A stretch of DNA of 64,000 bases from the NCBI RefSeq assembly GCF_009914755.1, contig NC_060932.1, one strand, 5' to 3'. Origin of the DNA: the human T2T-CHM13v2.0 reference genome, Homo sapiens. Both the position numbers and the translations under genes were made by a program. The notes beneath the pieces are model-generated. The model did no database searches and had not been told where the DNA came from. It worked only from the letters and a program-made list of their open reading frames with translations. Below are positions 41,351 through 53,881 of this stretch, piece by piece. The number at the start of each line of letters is the position of its first letter. Position 1 is the first letter of the stretch.

Positions 41351-42999
41351 AGATTGTCAATTGCTCACCCCGAAAAATATGTCACATAGCTTACTGCAGT
41401 TTAAATTCACCTAACATAAGAAACAGTGATGTAAGTTGGTTATTTAGGGGTCCTAAAAGAATCAGATTTACCCTTGTTCTGATGCATGCAGAGAATAAGT
41501 TTCTGTAATTCCTGTTAACATAGAAGTTTCCAGAATAAATTCTATAATGTATAATGTTAAGATTAGACCCGTAATGTGCAATCATTTATTTAGGGAGGTA
41601 GTATTTATTTATTTACATAGGCTACATATCAAAGACAACTTCGTAGGCCATTTTCTGTTGTGAAAAATTAGTAAATTGGCATTGCAAAATTTCCAAACAG
41701 CCTTCACTTTATTCACAAACGTTTAAGTAATATGCATTTAGTAGGGAGAATTTTTCTATCCACAGCTAAAGCAAATAGCTTGATTTAATTTTTAAGTTAA
41801 TTTTTTAAAGCTAGGATAGAAAATAAAAATAAAAGGGAAAAATAGAATGTTATTTAATACCTTAAAGCATTTCTCTTAGAAATGTGTATTTGTATTTAAA
41901 TAACATAGACTCAGCAAATCCATGTGGCTAGATAAATGCAGTAAAATCATATTTTAGATTTTAATGACAATTCTGATCACTTAATTAAGTTACACTTACA
42001 TTTTTGGTGTTAAGAGTTTTACTGTGCTTTGAAGGCAATGTTCAGGCACTATATAAATAAAAGCATTAAAAATGAAGCTATTTCCCAGCATAATTATGTA
42101 GTTAGATCTGACAGTAGTAACCAGAGAAAATATTTTCAACTTCTCTTTTAGACCGTTTGCTTTTTCAGAAGATATCATTTTAAAATAACCACTATGTGTT
42201 TGTGAAGTTCAGAGTGTGATTCCTTAAATAACTTCTTTAGTATGCTTTCAATGCCACTTTTGGACGACATCCAGGAAAGCAGCATTCATATTTAACCTGA
42301 TTTAACAAAGATTGATTGCACATTTATGAACAATATATGTAATGGCTGTGCAACAGAGATGCCTCATGTCTGGAAAAGCAAGAGCTTCCAATCAGAAATT
42401 GCTTTCCAGTGTTGTCTTACCGAGAGTTTTTTCAATTTTTATCTCTGCAAACCCCTACATAGAAGTCAGAAAAATAAATTTGTGCTGCTCTAAGAACTTT
42501 ATATTCAAGTAGCAGTGAAAGCCAGAATAAAGATAGAGAATGTCACCATAGTGACCGTTTTAAAATTTAATTGTTTGTAGTCTTAAAGTCTAGAAAACAT
42601 AAATTTTGAACACAAACTAGGAAAAGATAGTCCCCAGCTTCAAAGAGAAACATTCAAAACTTACCAAACTGCATTTTCAGTTGAAAAATAACATTCTAAA
42701 GAATAGATAATTTTTTAAGTTTATTAACATAAAACTTACATTATTCAGACTTGATACAGTGATTCTGTTCAGAATGTCCAATGAGCCATTTACTGATTTA
42801 TAAAAACTGACTTAAAATATGAAAGAGAGGGACAAATGTATATTTTATAAGGCAGTCATTTGCCTTGAAATAAAACATTATATTTATAGTACTTTCTAGG
42901 AAAATATTGTCAAGGTTAGTCAGCTTCAAATTTGACCTAACTTGACACAGAATTCCTAGTTGAAAAAAATTGTGTTCATCGATATGTGGTGTGTGGGGG

Positions 43000-43035
43000 G
43001 TGTGTGTGTGTGTGTGTGTGTGTTCGTGTGTGTGT
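43000..43035. repeat. (TG)n microsatellite
   Basis: Seen directly. Confidence 0.95.
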
Positions 43036-44639
43036 CCACACGTATGTGTGTGTATACAGGCACTCCATAATCAATGTACAGATTTTAGGGAGGAAAAAAG
43101 AAAAAGCACCCACACTTTCAATAGTTAGGGGCAGTACAGAGCAGGTATGTCATATATAAACTAACATAATAGGACCTAATTATAGAATAGCTCAAATTTA
43201 GAATATTTTAAAAGATTGTAATTTTAGAACTTTTAGGAATATTCTCACACTGAGTAAATTTAGCAGATATCCTTAAAAGTAGTTTTGAATCACAGGTTAC
43301 TAGTGCATCCATCATTTGCATGGATTTCTAAATGCAACCTGTTGAAATTATTCTTGTTCGTCAAACATGTATCTTGCTAAAAGTAGAATAGAGGAACACT
43401 TCACCTGTGACAAAATTGCCATAAATTCCAGCCAAGTGTTAGTGAGATTTTACTGTGTGTGTGTTTGTGAGTGTGCTTATGTGCACATGGAATTTGAAAC
43501 TTAAGGAGAAAGTCTCCTGTTAACATTTCAAAGGGCCCAGTGACACTACGGATTGGCATATGTGAAAAAAAACAGTATCTCCATTTTATAAAGGTAAGTC
43601 TAAAATTAAAAGACAGACACTAAATTGGTCCTGTTTAGAATTGGCATTGACAGAACTCCTTTCGAAATCTCAGCGGTACAGAAAGTCAAGACTTTAAGAT
43701 TTTAAGTCTTTGAAATGATTAGCATAAACAGGCCCAAGATGTTAAAGAGAAAAATCCTAAATGTCTTCAAATTTTAACAGGAACCACAATTGCATGGATA
43801 TATAATTTTTGTAAAAGAAAGTTGTTCTATTGTTCTTTCCTTTAATGCAATTGAAAATTTAAATTAACCTACAGGTTAATCAGTTTTCCTCAAGCAATTA
43901 TAAAATCCTAAGACAAAGGATTCGTGAGTCAATATTTAATAGTTTCTGAAGACTTTTAGATTTAAATTAATTTTTTATATTGCTCAGAGCACAGCAGGAA
44001 ATCACATGTAGAAAAGGAAACTAGATTGTTTACAGTAAACTTTGTGTTTTTGAATTATTAATTTAATTTGAAAAATGTAGTGGCTAGGCAGAAGTTCAAT
44101 AGGAAGCATGTGATTCTTAATGAGTCCAGGCCAACATTAGATTAAGTAGAACAGATAGAAAGTAATAACCTTTTCATAAAATGAAAAGTGTTCGTGTATT
44201 CTGCTTTTTTTTTTTTTTTTTTTGACTTACAATGAAAGAAATGTAGCTACCAATAGTAAAAATGAATTAGAGCATTATTTGCTCTGGGTCTAGTATGACT
44301 GATGCATGTTCCCTCTGCTTGTTTCCTTGTTAGGGCTTATGGCCAGAAGAGATTCCAGTTTTAAGTACCAATTTCCCATTGAATTATTTGAAATTGGAGC
44401 TGCCTGATATGAATGACTTCCCGTGAAATGAAATTATAGTTAGGCTGACAGACTTACCTATAAAACTGTAAATGCAGTAATATGTATGCATGGGCATGCT
44501 ACTAATTTTATTGAAGACTTAACCAAGCTTTCTATGCAACTAATATAGATCATGAGCAGTGTTCATGTAGGCATGGAGTCCTGACTCTCTGGAAAGAGTT
44601 TCTGTAGACATCGCTTGATTTTAACCCTTAAATTATTAC

Positions 44640-44716
44640 TGACTGGTAGGAGAAAAAGGCAAGAGAAGGGAGGGGGCTCTAGAAAGAAAATCTGGGTCCC
44701 ACCTTCATGGAAATGA
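44640..44716 (+). pseudogene. Non-functional counterpart of the rodent beta4 juxtamembrane linker exon (pseudo-exon)
   Basis: With two +1 shifts it reads (M)TGRRKRQEKGG/ALERK/LGPTFMEM(K), versus recalled rat NDF-beta4 MTSRRKRQETEKPLERKLDHSLVKESK. It is preceded by TAC rather than TAG and followed by A|gtaagg, and lies between the beta and linker-1 exons. Confidence 0.75.
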
Positions 44717-45061
44717 GTAAGGAAATTTATTATTGACTTCCTTGGAAAATGAATGTTTTCACGTGGATGTTCCAAAGTTTGTATTAAGAAAGCAAATGGG
44801 AAAAAAAATGACCAATTTTTGACCAATTGAGTGTTGCACGGAGGCAAGAGAAATTTATCTGGATTTGAATAAATTATTTTGCTGTGAATATTGTGCAACC
44901 AAGTTAATCGTAACTAAATCCCCTAGCTTTTAATTTATGAAAAATATAGCTTATTTGCTTGTGTACACTGGACCCAAGGCAGAGGAAATTATTATATATA
45001 GTGCTTCCCATTATCCTTGTTATGCAATGTACTTTTTGATATATGTGTTTGTGTGCATATA

Positions 45062-45103
<42 letters not shown>
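45062..45103. repeat. (TG)n(TA)n microsatellite
   Basis: Seen directly. Confidence 0.95.
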
Positions 45104-45104
<1 letters not shown>

Positions 45105-45661
45105 TTTAAAAAATCTGGGGAGCTTTATTTCCTTAAAGGGCAGCAAGTTTTTAAGTTTTCAAGTATCCCTGGAGCTTACAGAGTTTTTCTGGCTAGTTAA
45201 CGAGAATACAGTAAGTGGCCCAGGGTACATCTCTTGATGTGTCTGCTACCCAAGCTGTTAAACCCTTCTGCTGTTTGCCAACATATTTCACGTCTCCTTT
45301 ACTCCCCAGGCATGCCCAGTGAGGCATGTGTTTGCATAAGAAATATTTTGTTAATGAAAAATTAACATGTCCAAAGTCACTAAAAAGTTCCACGGCAGAG
45401 GCAGGACCCGAAACCAAGATGATTCCAGCACACTCATCTCCTGCTTTTTCCCTCTCTATATGAGGTACTTTTTCCATGCCCAAATGCAAGTTTTTGTAAG
45501 AGAAACACCCCTCCACAGCATTTTCTTCACACTTAAGAGATACCTTGCCATATCATTGAATAGCCCTTGTATCTCTCGAGGCAGTGATCAAAGAAAGAAA
45601 ATATAGATCTCCATTGATATGCTGTCTCTCCTTCCAACCTGCTTCTTGACCACACACATAG

Positions 45662-45682
45662 GCGCATGTACACGCGCGCGCG

Positions 45683-45750
<68 letters not shown>
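45662..45750. repeat. Compound microsatellite (CG)n(CA)15(GA)15
   Basis: Seen directly. Confidence 0.97.
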
Positions 45751-45753
<3 letters not shown>

Positions 45754-46643
45754 AGGAAGTCCTAGAGCCTTCCGCATCATGAAATTTGATTATCAGTTTT
45801 GGTTTTGAGAATGAAAAGTGTCATCCCTGGAGATTTTTTATTTTTTTTATTTTTTTGGGGGGCTTGTTTTCCCCCACTTCCTCAATGGAGCCTCTGCAGG
45901 TTCTGCTGTTCTTGCAATCCTGGAGTCTCTGGAGTCCCAGCTGCCAGGATTGCTGGCTCTTGGCTCATACCTTTGAGTCCACTTCCCTGGGCAGCCCTGC
46001 AGGTCCTCCAAGTGGCTGTGTGCATGGGAGTCCAGCATTCTGGAGAAGTGATTTCACTGGCTCTCTGTGATTTAAAGGAGTAATAAGATGAAAAACCCTA
46101 GGAATTGGATCTTTCCCACTTATTTTTTTCCTTACAGTTTGAAAAAAGTGAGGCGTAGAATTGTCCTATGCCATACAGAACTTATATGAGAAAAACTAGA
46201 AGGAGTCTCCAGTGTCCCAAGCCCCTGTTTGGGGTTTTGGGGCAGAAGCATTTGTTGCTTTCTGTGAATGAAACAGACAAGTGATGAGGAAAGTGGAAGA
46301 TTAGAAGAAGTAAAAGAGATACAGCTAAGAAAATAATTACATAACCAATGAGCAAGAAGTATTTGAGGCCAGCTACCCACATTCAAAAATCCAAGTCCAA
46401 CCTGATAACATTTTCAGACCAAATTACCATCCTCTTGGCTTCTGCTCCTGCCTCTGCCAATGGGTGTCTTTGGGTAAAAATTAATTAATTAATTAATTTA
46501 ATTAAATAAAATTCACCTCCTTGGAACTTTGCTTCTGCCTTTTAAAAAAAGGAATGAAATAGTATCAAATGCCTTTTCTGATTATAAAGATAATCTTTCC
46601 ATTCCCACACAAGGAAATAATTTAGGGGATAGTTCAGCGACAG

Positions 46644-48499
46644 AACTTCTCCCTCAGTAAGGTCTTTTAAGGGTTAATAAAGACACAGTGTGCTGGTATT
46701 TTGCACACCTCATAAAAAGAGACGTTCCCTATGTGAACTCACAGAGGCGTACCTGAGCACTGCTTCTTAACCACACACCATTTGTCTGGTTCAATGTGCA
46801 TGCACAGAGAGCCATAATAGTCATGTGTAATGTGTTTTGGAGTGCAGTGTATTGCTCTTTTCTGAAACTTTTTCCCTTTCTTTCTTTTTTTTGTCAACTT
46901 TCTGCATTGGCAGAGCATCTTGGGATTGAATTTATGGGTATGGACCAATCATCATTCCTTTTAGCCTGCAGAATTTAGAGCCTATGAGCTGAAATCTTTT
47001 TCCCTTCCTACTCTTACCTTTCAGTTCCTAACTAATTTCCTTTTTCTTTAGAAGGGATCATACAGCTATAACAATGATTTCTCTGCCTTCAATCTATGAT
47101 TAGTTTACTGAAATGTTACTGAGTGCAGCAGGTTTTAGATTCCTAAGCATCCTTCACTTAGAGTTTAAAAGTACCCTACCTGCTGCAAATTCACATATAT
47201 CCCACGCTGCTTAACCCACTGATTGGATCTAGCTCTGCTGTTATATAAAAGCTGGGGTAAGTAGTAGTAGCACATAAAGGATACAGGGGAAATCCACTCA
47301 GAGACCTGAGAACAAAGGCTTTTTAAATCCATCTGCTTAAAAAACACACAGCATCTTAGCCTGGTAGGATTTTTGGCATACAATGTAAAAATCATCTATT
47401 TAATATAAGCAATGTAATGTATATAGAAAGCCCTTACGTTACAACACAATATTAAATGCACAGACTTGAATTACTCAGATTTTCTGGAGATACTCAAGCA
47501 CCACCCTAGTCAACTTCATTATCTTATAAGAAGGAAATAGAAAACAGAAAGAAAGCAGCCTTGTGCTATTTTAGGTGGAGATTCCAGTGGTAATGGAATT
47601 AAATTTGAGTCATGAAGATTATCCAGACAAGTAATCAAATAGAAAATTTCACACTGTCAAAGTAAAAGAAAAATATATGAGTATACAAAATTTGGACACA
47701 CTTTTTTGGAAGGCCTTCATCCTACATAGTTGGGATTGAAGACCAGTCTCTGGGGAGTAAGGAGCTGTGCTACCTTCCCAGAGACTCCACAGGGCCAGGC
47801 CAGTCAGTCTTTTTCAATGCTGCCTGCAGTCCCGGACCATGGTTGGGTCAGTGACACAATGTCCTGATTCACAGAATATCTGGTCCCCATCCAGCTGGCT
47901 TCAGGGACATCATGCAGCAGGGGCATCCTACAGCTGCTGCCTTCTTTTGGATGATAACATCACAGGCTGGACATAATGTAGTTTCCAGACTTTGCGGGAA
48001 ATGAGGCAGTTGCAAGCTCTAGCAGCTACAGGGATTGCTCAATGGGTTGCCCATTTCTTCCTCAAAAAAAAAAAAAAAAAAAAAATCAGGAGTAAACTAC
48101 CAATTTGATGAGAAGCCCCCAGGTGCACGTGAATGGGCCTTTGTGCCTCGCAGAACATCTCCAAAGAGGGAGAAACACAAGGGGGAGCACCTCTATTACT
48201 AGGGAGCACGTTGTGTACTGAGGGGAGCTATCTATTGGAGTTTCTTCCCTCAGGGAAAAAAAAAATTGTCCCACTTATGAAATGGATTATTGGCCTATCC
48301 TGCAGGGAGGGAAAAAATTCTACCATTACCCCAAACCCTTCTATCCTTAACAGCATATTTCTCATTTTTATAGCTGGAGGGTCTGACTATAGAATGTATT
48401 GTTTCTGTCCCCAACAGTAAAGTGAAAGACAGTTGAGATATATAACTTCCCCCTCAGTAAGATCTTCTATGGGTTAGAAAAGACACAGGGGGCTGCTAT
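46644..48499 (+). repeat. 56-bp direct repeat pair (46644-46699 and 48444-48499) flanking the linker-1 microexon
   Basis: Ungapped manual alignment, 47/56 identical. Confidence 0.9.
46914..46937 (+). CDS. NRG1: Linker-1 microexon (24 nt; KHLGIEFME of beta1/alpha1 isoforms)
   Basis: tctgcattggcag|AG CAT CTT GGG ATT GAA TTT ATG G|gtatgg; symmetric phase 1-1. Confidence 0.96.
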
Positions 48500-50685
48500 C
48501 CGCATGCTTCTCAAAGGTACAGTTTCCAGAGGCTCATAGTTCCAGGCTTGCCGGTGTACTAAACCAGAACATTGCATCCTTCAGGAAAATCAGACCTTAA
48601 AGGTCAAGTACAACTCAGAAAGGTAAGGTCTCTGTTTCTTGGCCAGGCCAGATCAGACTGAAAAATGTGCTTGATCTGGAAACATGTTAGTCCAGCCAAA
48701 CCATGAAGACTCTGGGGCATTTGTGCTCATTGAGAGACAGACCCACCGATCGGAATGACAGACTCTTGTTTTTAGCCCTGTCTGTCTCTAATTTGCTCTT
48801 CCCCAGTTGACCTGACACATAAGAAAAAAATTAATATGGGGAAAAAAGAGGTTAAAGAATCCATTGTTTGTATTATTTTTCACCAAGTATTTTTCCTTGA
48901 TCACATTCATAGTGTGGGATCACCTGATTGAGCCAAACCATGAAAAATTCAAATAGCAATGAGGATAAGGGTTGTAGTGCATCTGGTCAATGCTGATGTG
49001 AATATAAGATTTTAATCCCACGTCTGTATTCTATGGGCCTTCGCTTGAATCAGCTCATTCTAGTGCTGTTACATTACCCTTTGGCCTTTACTGAGCTACC
49101 TCTTTATTTCCATGAAATGATCATTTTACTGGAAAATGTGTGTCTTCCTACACTGCATAGAAAGAATGCACCCGTCATCATGCACCATATGTTTCCAAAC
49201 GCAGCTCAATCTATTCTTCTGTAATTAACAACAACCAAAAGACAACTTGTCCCAAGAATCCCTGAGAGTATGCATGATTCCTTTTTCCCATTTAGCCCTT
49301 GTCCATGTCCCCATTTTTGAAGTCTGCAGAAGCAGTTTCCTAGCTTCTTTCTAAAGATAGGATGTTAAGATGTCAGTAGACAAGAATAACCACAGACTTG
49401 CCCATCTTCAAAGAAGAAAACAATAGAGGACGGAAAAGAGGACAATCATACAGGGCCTTCATCTCTTGTCAATAATACCTACACTCCTATTTCTTCACCA
49501 ACTCATCACAGCCCAGGGAGCTGTGCTCTGCATCCTGGGTCCCAGGGAGAGAAGGACCAGTGGGGTGACAGCTTTGCTTCTTAGACATGTATCCTAAAAC
49601 CTGATCAGGATACCAAGATCAGGAAGAGAGGCTACAGCAGCAGCTTCAACCAGATAACACCCCATAGAAATTAATTCCCTGTCCTGTGGCTATGGGGGAG
49701 GGGAGGCAGCAGACATATGCAATTAACATATAAGCACTCACATTCCATGTCCTCATCTGACTTTTGCTGCACACAAAATCCGTGATACCAACTCAATATC
49801 TCCTGGTACATTGTTTCACCGCAATGCACCAGCCGCTTCGCTTTCTAATTGTGGCTTCCACATGACTGCTAGATTAGGAGTTATGCTGTATGGAATGACC
49901 CTTCCAACTTTGCATCCACCTTTTCTTCCCACCCAAGCATTTCCTCCCTCTGGTTTTCTTTTCTTTCTTTATTTTTCCTCCCTTAGTATCAGGCATGCTG
50001 TGCCAGGGACTTCAGATGGCTCCTTAACTTTTAACCTTGTTTTCCCTTCCTCGGTCTCTCTGTCATTCTGTCAGTCTGTCTGTCCTCTTGGTTTGTTTTT
50101 CCTTTCCACCTCCAACCCTTTTGATTTGTTTTTGTATACTCTATGCAGCATTCTAGTCCTTTACCCACTGACTTCTCTTTTCCTTCTCCTCCTAATAATC
50201 AGTGCTATATTAATTTGATTTGACAATGTTCTTGACCTGTTTACTGGAATTTGATTATCATGGGCTCGGCTTGTAGGAAATGTTTTGTTTCATGATAAGG
50301 TCCACTGTATCCTAGAAATTAAAATTCACTTTTTCATTTCAAGAAAACTTCCTGCAAGCTGCCCTCTCTCAAAAGAGAAAAAGGTGTAGTTAAAGGTGTA
50401 GTTGTGCCACTGCAGATATAATATGGAAATATGCTTTGAGGTTCCCTTGTTGATGTCCAGAATAGTCAGCTCTGTTTGTACAGTATTCCCCAGTTCTTGA
50501 CCAATTTATTGATCATAATGGCAAGTGAACAGCTTACACTGCTTATTTCATACCAGTTGAGTTCTCTTTCTGAGTGAACTTGTGAAGATCTTCCAATAAA
50601 TGTAATTAGACTCACTGGAAGCTCAGGTCCTTAGGGATCAGAGTCCCTATTAAATCAGCAAATCTTGTTAAGAACCTGACCTACC

Positions 50686-52285
50686 TTAGTATAATCAACT
50701 TATCCCCCAAAGAAACTAACTCGCAAATAGAAAAACTTCTATGAATTAGAGACTGATCGCATTTTGGGTGCAGTAGTATCTTTGGTTCAAAGTTCTAAGT
50801 GTCACATTTCCTTAGTATAATCTACATTAGCTCATTTGCCAAGTTGGCCAACGTAGGAATGTGCACTCTATTCCAAATCACACATCATTTGTACTGGTGA
50901 CCTCTTTGGACAAATAACACTTGTTCCTAAGTACAATTGGTGGAGTAGTTAGAATTGTCTTCCAAAGGACAAGTCACCATTTGGGCCCATAACTGTCCTA
51001 CCCATCACATAGGATTTTCTTTGATACAGTGCCCTGCTACCTCATATTGTATTGCTTCTTGTGTTCACATTTTACTGTTAAATCACAGAGAGCCTGACTC
51101 AATTTACTAGTTAACTACAAGCCAAGTTCATGTTTGCAAATGTCTTTGAATTTAATATATTTAAGTTAGAAATGACTCTTTGTAAAGACCACTGGATATA
51201 AAGTGATGATATAAAATATCTGGGAAATACAAAAAGGCCAGGGGCTGGGGGATAAAGAGGGGAGGAAGGAGGAAGTGGGGGGCGCCCAGTGATGCCAATT
51301 CCATCTCCTTTAATTGGTGTTGATTCCTGTTGTCTTTGCAAGAGCTTTTTATATTTTATTTTGCAAGAGACTACAAAAAAAAAATAAAACTACAGAGTTT
51401 TAACCAAATAGTTATTTTATAATTAATGTTTATGATTTCCAATTTACTATCAACTATATATATCTCTATAGCTTATAATTAGAAGTAATTTCTGAGTATA
51501 ATATTTGTATTGTAAATGGCCCCAGCTGGCTTTTTTATATTTATGTTCAAAGCATAGTGCAGAGCATGTTGTACCTTAGCTATGTGTGTAAACGTAAAGA
51601 ATTGTCATGTATTTATTTTCTTGTGAACATGGACAATGTCATGCAGCATGCCCACTGTTTGGTTGTAGTCAGTCCTGGCAAGTGGAAGTGACCTGTGATG
51701 ACATCTGCTCTCATCCCTTTCCAGAGGCGGAGGAGCTGTACCAGAAGAGAGTGCTGACCATAACCGGCATCTGCATCGCCCTCCTTGTGGTCGGCATCAT
51801 GTGTGTGGTGGCCTACTGCAAAACCAAGTAAACCTTCTTTCTCCATGCCTTTCTCTCTCCTTCATGCAGAGACAGCTTAGATGGCCAGGGCTTTGCAGAA
51901 TCTGAGCTCCACAGCCTAGTCTTGGGGATAAAAAAAAAAGGAGGGGCAGGGGGAGATTATTTCCTCTGAATAATCCATTTTGAGGATGTCTCCTAAACAC
52001 AGAAATAGAAAGCTGTTTGCCTATTCATGTAAAGATTTCTGTTCAATGACCACAGCCCCTGAGTGGATAAAGGCCTGGAGGGACAGGCTTGTATGGAAGG
52101 TATGTGTGTGGGTGGGACAGAATGAAGGCACCTCATTCTAAAAGGAGAGGGAGGGTACCAGAAGTCCATTTGAGGGCTTTAGTATAATTAAGTTATCCCC
52201 AAAAGAAACTAACTTGCACCTAGAAAAACTTCTATGAGTTAGAGACTGACTGCATTCAGGGTGCAGTAGTACCTTCAGTTCAAAG
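50686..52285 (+). repeat. 107-bp dispersed direct repeat pair (50686-50792 and 52179-52285) flanking the TM exon
   Basis: Ungapped manual alignment, 93/107 identical. Confidence 0.95.
51725..51827 (+). CDS. NRG1: Transmembrane exon (103 nt)
   Basis: ccctttccag|AG GCG GAG GAG... encodes AEELYQKRVLTITGICIALLVVGIMCVVAYCKT(K); donor AA|gtaaac. Confidence 0.98.
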
Positions 52286-53089
52286 GACTACTGAGAACAA
52301 ATCCAATTTACACTGAAAATTACGAGATAAAGGAAACCTTTCGTGGTATCTGAAATGCAGTTTTCTGAGTTATAGTGATTATTATTATTATTTTTAAATT
52401 CTATCTAATTAGGTTGCCAGTATGAATGCTCTCACAGCCTGAGATGTAAAAAAGGAATCTCAGGGGAGGAAAATGAAGCAAAACTTTCTTTGAAAACATA
52501 AGAGAGAAAACATTAGAATAGATTTGGGTTCCCTATGTTCGGTCTTGAAGTTTGGTCCGTATTAACAAATTCAATTACTATGTGACATGGATTCTCTTCA
52601 CTTTTCTCTCCTACATATAACTTACATTTCAAGCCTAATATGTTAAATTAACAAGGTTTTTGAAAAAATGTTGCTGCACGATACTCTGTTGCCAAACCAT
52701 CCATGGGAATATTTCATAATCTGAATGTTGCATTGAGGAAGAAAAATAATATGCTTTTATGCCACAAAATCCAAAGCATGGATTGTATTTTGTCAATATC
52801 CCATGATTTAGTGTGTTGCCAGAATTAAGGGATAGAGATAAGCCTTCCTGGAGTCGACCTGGTGAGTCTCATTAGATTCCATCTCAATATTCGCTGCCTA
52901 ATTGCACAAAAAGCGTTACCAGAGTAGGAACATGTTACGATTGTGCCAAAATCCGCTGGCAAAATATGTCCACATTCTCACGCATATACATGGGATACAC
53001 TCACAAACATGCTAACTGTGTATATTCAAAACTCAGTTCATTTTCTTAAGAGACCCCAGGAAAAGCTATAAATGAAATCACTCTTATAA

Positions 53090-53393
<304 letters not shown>

Positions 53394-53754
53394 CAGCACA
53401 AATTATTATCTAAGACAAATAAGTGTCCATTTGTAAGACTTAGGCAAAGATGGATTGATTAGGAAATTTGTGATTTTAGTCAATTATCAAGTTATTTGTG
53501 TTATCCTATTTTTTTCTTGTCTCTCAGTAAAACAGCTAAATTTCCATAAGAATCCCAGGTGGCTTTTAAAATCTGTTTGGTAAGGATGTGTGGTTTCACT
53601 TATTCTGGGATACAGTGGACATACTCCCTTCCCTCTTCCTCATCACCAGTCTACTGCCTTGAGCTACTCATAGGTGTTGGTAGAATAAAGACTTGGCTCT
53701 ACTATGAAATGAAAATAATCAAAAAAAAATAAATGCTCCCTTTCTTATGTCCAG

Positions 53755-53881
53755 GAAACAGCGGAAAAAGCTGCATGACCGTCTTCGGCAGAGCCTTCGG
53801 TCTGAACGAAACAATATGATGAACATTGCCAATGGGCCTCACCATCCTAACCCACCCCCCGAGAATGTCCAGCTGGTGAAT
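53755..53881 (+). CDS. NRG1: Cytoplasmic exon 1 (127 nt)
   Basis: tccag|G AAA CAG CGG... encodes KQRKKLHDRLRQSLRSERNNMMNIANGPHHPNPPPENVQLVN; donor |gtacgt. Confidence 0.97.

Noticed and set aside
49811-50218. 135-aa hydrophobic ORF
   Set aside because: Non-ATG start in a pyrimidine-rich intronic tract that is naturally poor in stop codons; no splice or homology support.
51241-51282. G-run cluster upstream of the TM exon
   Set aside because: The last loop is 14 nt, so it is a weak G4 candidate with no further support.
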